The translations under genes were made by a program, and so were the position numbers. Below the pieces are notes generated by a model, which worked only from the letters and a program-made list of their open reading frames with translations, had not been told where the DNA came from and searched no databases. Positions 57,214 through 64,000 of a DNA stretch of 64,000 nucleotides are shown piece by piece. The stretch's first letter is position 1. Each line of letters begins with the position of its first letter. Source of the DNA: Octopus vulgaris (taxonomy: Eukaryota). The stretch covers positions 60,450,001 to 60,514,000 of the forward strand of contig OX597830.1 of assembly GCA_951406725.2 (NCBI GenBank). Direction: 5' to 3'.

Positions 57214-57719
57214 ATATATATATATATATCGATGTATATTTATATTCATTATGTTTTTTTTATATTATTTAACCTTCCCCCCCCCACTCTCACTGTAAGG
57301 CCCTTTTCTCTCAGTTTTCTTTATCTCTGTCGACAATTATCTACATACAACCTCAGGCAAAGTATTCAGCAATTCAGTACAGAGAATGTATGCGCGCGTA
57401 CACACCACATACACACACGTATACATACACACACCACACACACACACTCACACACACGCACACACACTCATGCACACACACACAAATGAACGAACGGATA
57501 CACACCCACGCATATACACACTCAAACAAATACAAGCAAGTGAATGAATGAACCAAGCCACTCCCACTCCCACTCCCACACATGCAAACAAATACTTCAG
57601 AATCATGACCCCACCCCACCCCCCACCATGCCGCCTCTGCTCTGCAAACATAGGAACCTTACCACTGCAGGAATGTAGGTGCCCGCCCACGCAATTTGTA
57701 CTGTCACTGGAAATATTGA

Positions 57720-57910
57720 TTTCAAATTTTGGCACAAGTCCAGCAAGTTCGGGGCAGGAGCCTAATCGATTACATCGACCCCTGTACTCAACTGGTGCTA
57801 ATTTTATCGACCTTCGAAAGGATGGAAGGCAAAGTCGACCTCGGCGGAATTTGAACTCAGAACGTAAAGACGGACGAAATGCCGATAAGTATTTTGCCGA
57901 ACATCCTAAC
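57720..57910 (-). mobile_element. SINE family B
   Basis: Reverse complement matches the family B body. Confidence 0.75.
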
Positions 57911-57913
57911 GAT

Positions 57914-57980
<67 letters not shown>

Positions 57981-58038
57981 CATACATACATACATACATA
58001 CATACATACATACATACATACATACATACATACATACA

Positions 58039-58069
<31 letters not shown>

Positions 58070-58564
58070 GTGTGTGTTTACACTTATGTATGTATTTGAA
58101 TTTCACTGGTTCGATGAAAAGCCTCGTTAGGGGCTTTGAAACTTTAAGTTGCATGGAATTTGAATCAAACTGTTTTGATCCGTATATATATCAACGCGAA
58201 AATAAAAACTAGTCTACATCATTAGACATTGTCAGTGTTGCAGGTTTTCACTCTGAGTTATCTTCTCTTAGAGAGATGCTGTGACAACAGAGGGGTCTTC
58301 TTGTCACAGTGGGCTAACCGCGCGCCTGGAAGCCAAGCCATGTATTTCCACGTCAATGCGCATATGTTGTCCATGTTCAGAGAATGGCATTGGATTTATG
58401 CAAATCCTTTCCCCACTATAAAAAAAATCATCATGCACAGGCATCGATTAAAAAAAGTCACACATATCCCCAAAATGGCTGGTCGTAGCCTTTGCATGTG
58501 TGGGACTTTCGACCAGGCGATGGCAATACTGGAACATGCGTTTGCAGCCACCATATATACACAT

Positions 58565-59868
<1,304 letters not shown>

Positions 59869-59871
59869 TTT

Positions 59872-60720
59872 GATAAAATTATCAAACATTTTATACCAGT
59901 GGTTTGCATATGTAATAAGAGACAGAAGACATAGATATTTTTATATATAATAGTGTATGAAATATACACGGAGGGAAGACCACCATGTGGATTTCTTACA
60001 GGCTAAAAGTAGCAGTCGAAGCCTAAAACCACGAAAGAATATTCTTACATTAAAGCACGTTAATTTATACCTATATATTTATAAAGTTAAATATTTATGT
60101 CTTCTGACCCTTATTACACATGCAAACCACTGGTATGAAATGTTTGATAATTTTAATCCTTATATTTATAAAGTTAAATGTTTAAATTCTTCTGCCAGAC
60201 GAATACGTTTGAATTTATTCACTGCTATACTGCTCTGGTGTCACATGTTGTTCTGAGGGCATTCTGGGGTGAATCCATGATGTATAAACACGGAACTGGG
60301 TGCCTCTGTGTTTTACTTTGTATTTCCGGTACGTATTGCAGTTATATGTTTATGCATTTAATTAGCGACCTTGTTGATGAGCTACGGTTGATTAAATAGT
60401 CAGTTAATTATCTTATTAGTTGATTTATTTGGCCAGTAACGGCGAAACTTATAAATATAAGTTTACTATATTTTATTCACTGGAGTATCTTTCTTGTGTA
60501 CAAATCAACGGGCTTTAATGTAAGAATATTCTTTCGTGGGTTTAGGCTTCGACTGTCATTTTTAGCATGTAAGAAATCCACATGATGGTTTTTCTCTTCA
60601 TATATGTTTCATATACTGTTATATGTAAAAATATTTATGTCTTCTGACACTCAACGCGCATGCTAACTACTGGTAAATAATTATTTAATAATGTTTTACC
60701 CTTATATTCATGAAGCTTTA
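59872..60720 (+). mobile_element. Penelope-like pLTR structure with inverted 5' copy and decayed hammerhead
   Basis: 59872-60070 is an inverted copy of 60498-60710. 60088-60170 is a direct partial repeat of 60628-60715. TTGATGA…GGC-GAAA-CTTATA(AA)TATAAG-TT lies at 60374-60463. Confidence 0.6.
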
Positions 60721-60874
60721 TATATATATATATATATATATACATAAATTCATACATACATGGACTCACATACACACACACATGAACACAGAGACACATA
60801 CACACGCACGCACGCACGCACTCACACACACACACACACTCACTCACACACACATACATACTATAGAGATAGAA

Positions 60875-61287
<413 letters not shown>

Positions 61288-61289
61288 TG

Positions 61290-61520
61290 TACATATTTGT
61301 GCGTGTGATTTGTAGTTATCCTCCAACACCGCTTAAGAATCGATGATGGTCTGTTTACCTCTCTGTAACTTACCGTTTCCGGAAAAAAGAAAAGCCCCGA
61401 TAGAATGAGCACAAGGCTTTAAAAAAAGTACTGGGACCGATTAATCGCTTAAACCCTTCAAAGTGGTGCCCCAGCATGGCTGCAGTCCAATGACTGAAAC
61501 ATGTAAAAGTTATAAGATAA
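61290..61520 (+). mobile_element. SINE family A, 3' half
   Basis: …GGTGCCCCAGCATGGCTGCAGTCCAATGACTGAAAC tail. Confidence 0.65.
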
Positions 61521-62854
61521 AGATACATTCTGTAGGTATAGGTATCCGGTCCGTCGTAACATGACCCCTTCAGTGTTTCAACATTTACTATGATGGCGTA
61601 TGTCTCTCAACTGGTCTTAAATCACAGTCATATCTTGTTCTTCCATTTTATAGTCGCTCTGTTTACTAGAAATAGCAGCTAAATTTACTTCAAATTACAC
61701 CCCCAAAGTCTTTAAAATAACACATTGACAATCCAGTTTTACATGTTTGAAAAAAAAGACAGAATGACAACAACTGAAATCATTTTGATGATAGGCCTTA
61801 CTCAATCAAGGATGACCTGGGACTCAACAACAACAACAAACACTTCATCCTTCTTTCTCTAAAACGCCGCGGCCAATTACTCCCTGAACCACATCTCTCT
61901 ACATCATCTTTGCACACTTCGTCCCATCAAGCATTAATCCCATCAAGCATCAAGCATTAATCTACAACAACTCAGGTTATGCAGGGATAGCCTCGTTATA
62001 CTATTTCACAGATGCTCCCAGGATATATGTCAAGAAATCGTGCGCTCTTCATCGGATAACAGAGCTGCAACATCACTTTGTGACTATAGCGAGATGTAAG
62101 CTATCAGAAAGTGTCATTCTTTATAGTAAGCTGTTTTATTGGGAATTTGAGCAGTCAAATCGTGACCATCCTGTCTTTTAGGACTGTCTATACCTACATT
62201 ATCTCATGCACTCGAATCTTTATTTTATTTAACATAATAGGTGCCGATTTAAGGTACATTTGGTTGCATTTCCATCAGGTCAACTAACCACGTATAGGGA
62301 CCAATGTGGTTTATCTTCTGGAGTTAGTCAGTAAGTCAAACTTTATGCTGTCTTGTAACATAAAAACAGTTACAACTGTAATACCTACAACGATAATAGA
62401 AATATCAAAAGTCTACCAACCAACTCTCTTGAAGATATCACCTCAAAACTGATATATCTTCGTTCTCAATGTAAGCTTTGCGACAAGACTCATGCAACTT
62501 AAACTTCAGGGCCCCTAATCTCGGAAGAGCCCCAGAAATAGCCTTATTTTAATGAATGAATCTCTCTACATCAGGTTTAACAGTGTTTATAAAAAATCTC
62601 CATCTAATATAGTGCAGCAAAGTCGTAATTTTACTAATATATTTTTCTTCTTCTAAAGAATAAAGAATGAAAATAGAAAAAGAAATGAATGTTTAAATCA
62701 AGGGCAGTAAAATTCTCGAGGAAACCGAATATACAGCCAAAAATGCCTGGAACTGAATAAAAAGAAGAACAGCAGCAACAATAACAAAAGCAAAAACCAA
62801 AAACAGTGCTGAAAAAATGCAGTACACAAATTATATTTAACTCTTTCTTTCTCC

Positions 62855-62942
<88 letters not shown>

Positions 62943-64000
62943 TGACATTCTCAAAACCCTTTTTTTTTTTCATTTAAAATTTACATTAAAGGTAAGAAAT
63001 CTTTCATATTTTCCAAAATTGCCAAACACCTTTTGCAGATCAAGTCTATGAGAAAATTCACTGAATCGTCTTTGTTTTCTTTTACTCTGATTATTTTAGT
63101 TTCTTTTACCTTTTTTGTAAAGTATTTTATGTTTTCTTTTGTTTCAGTTAAAAAGTTTTTGTATTTAATTCAAATTCGAATAGTTTTACTATTTCGAATT
63201 TTAAAATGTTTCTTTCATTTTTACATTTTTCGTCAATCAATCGTTAATGATTTAGAATAATTAAGTGTTACAATAAAATAGTGATTCTTTAAACAACAGA
63301 AAGAGGAATACTCGATTAGGAATATTTTGATGATGTACTTTATTCTGAAACTTTGCCTTAAAATTGTTCTGAAGTGCCAACTCAGAAAGTTTTGAAGTCC
63401 ACTCTCTAGCACCTGGTAACGGGTCTGCTTATATTCTAAAAAATTTAGCGTGTCTAAATATATTTTGGCAATTCCAGAGAAATACAATTAGCGCGAGTTC
63501 TTGGTTTTCTTAGCTCTTATTTAGAATGAGTGACGGAGCAACTTCGCTGATACTCTGTTATTGTTGACTACGCTTCACCTGATATATGTTGACCAGCTGG
63601 TAATTATGGTTCAATACTGTTATAATGGAAAACCCTACAAGAAATTTTAAACATTTTCATTAATAGAAAAGCATTCATTCACGACTATATTTAACACGAT
63701 ACAAGTTCTAAAATATCTGTACCGTGTCTGTTTACCTCAACTTTGCTGGAGGAAAAGGCTAGATCTGCTATACATGAAGAAATTAAATATTTTTTAATTG
63801 TGCAGGAGCTGTGTTTTCTTTCTTGAACGGGAGATACAAAACAAGCTGGACAAAATGATTTTTCTCTGAAGAGCCCAATTGTAACTGTGTAACTACGAAG
63901 AAATCAGGACAATGAAAAAAGGAAAAACAGGGATTTTTCAAACTCTCAACCATATTTTGTAAGGGAGTAACCTAAATGTAAACACGATACAAAGAATTTA

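Overview
AT-rich eukaryotic DNA saturated with microsatellites and transposon debris. The SINE repertoire and repeat landscape are most consistent with an octopus (coleoid cephalopod) intronic or intergenic region, which is an inference. No host protein-coding exon can be supported, and most listed ORFs are translations of simple repeats. Recognisable content: three tRNA-related or putative SINE families (several copies with target-site duplications), RTE-like, CR1/L2-like, L1/Tx1-like and R4/Dong-like LINE fragments (three R4/Dong-like copies in a (TAA)n array), Tc1 and mariner relics, two non-autonomous Helitrons, a hAT MITE and a deleted Ty3/gypsy-type LTR element. The most notable signal is a set of short, non-coding, mutually unrelated elements, mostly beside (TA)n or other simple repeats, that carry type I hammerhead ribozyme motifs. 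The best cores are at 44743-44828 (+), 51257-51303 (-), 52173-52235 (+) and 28591-28625 (+), and several sit inside long inverted or fold-back arms. They look like a diverse population of Penelope-like-element-derived, retrozyme-like self-cleaving RNAs.
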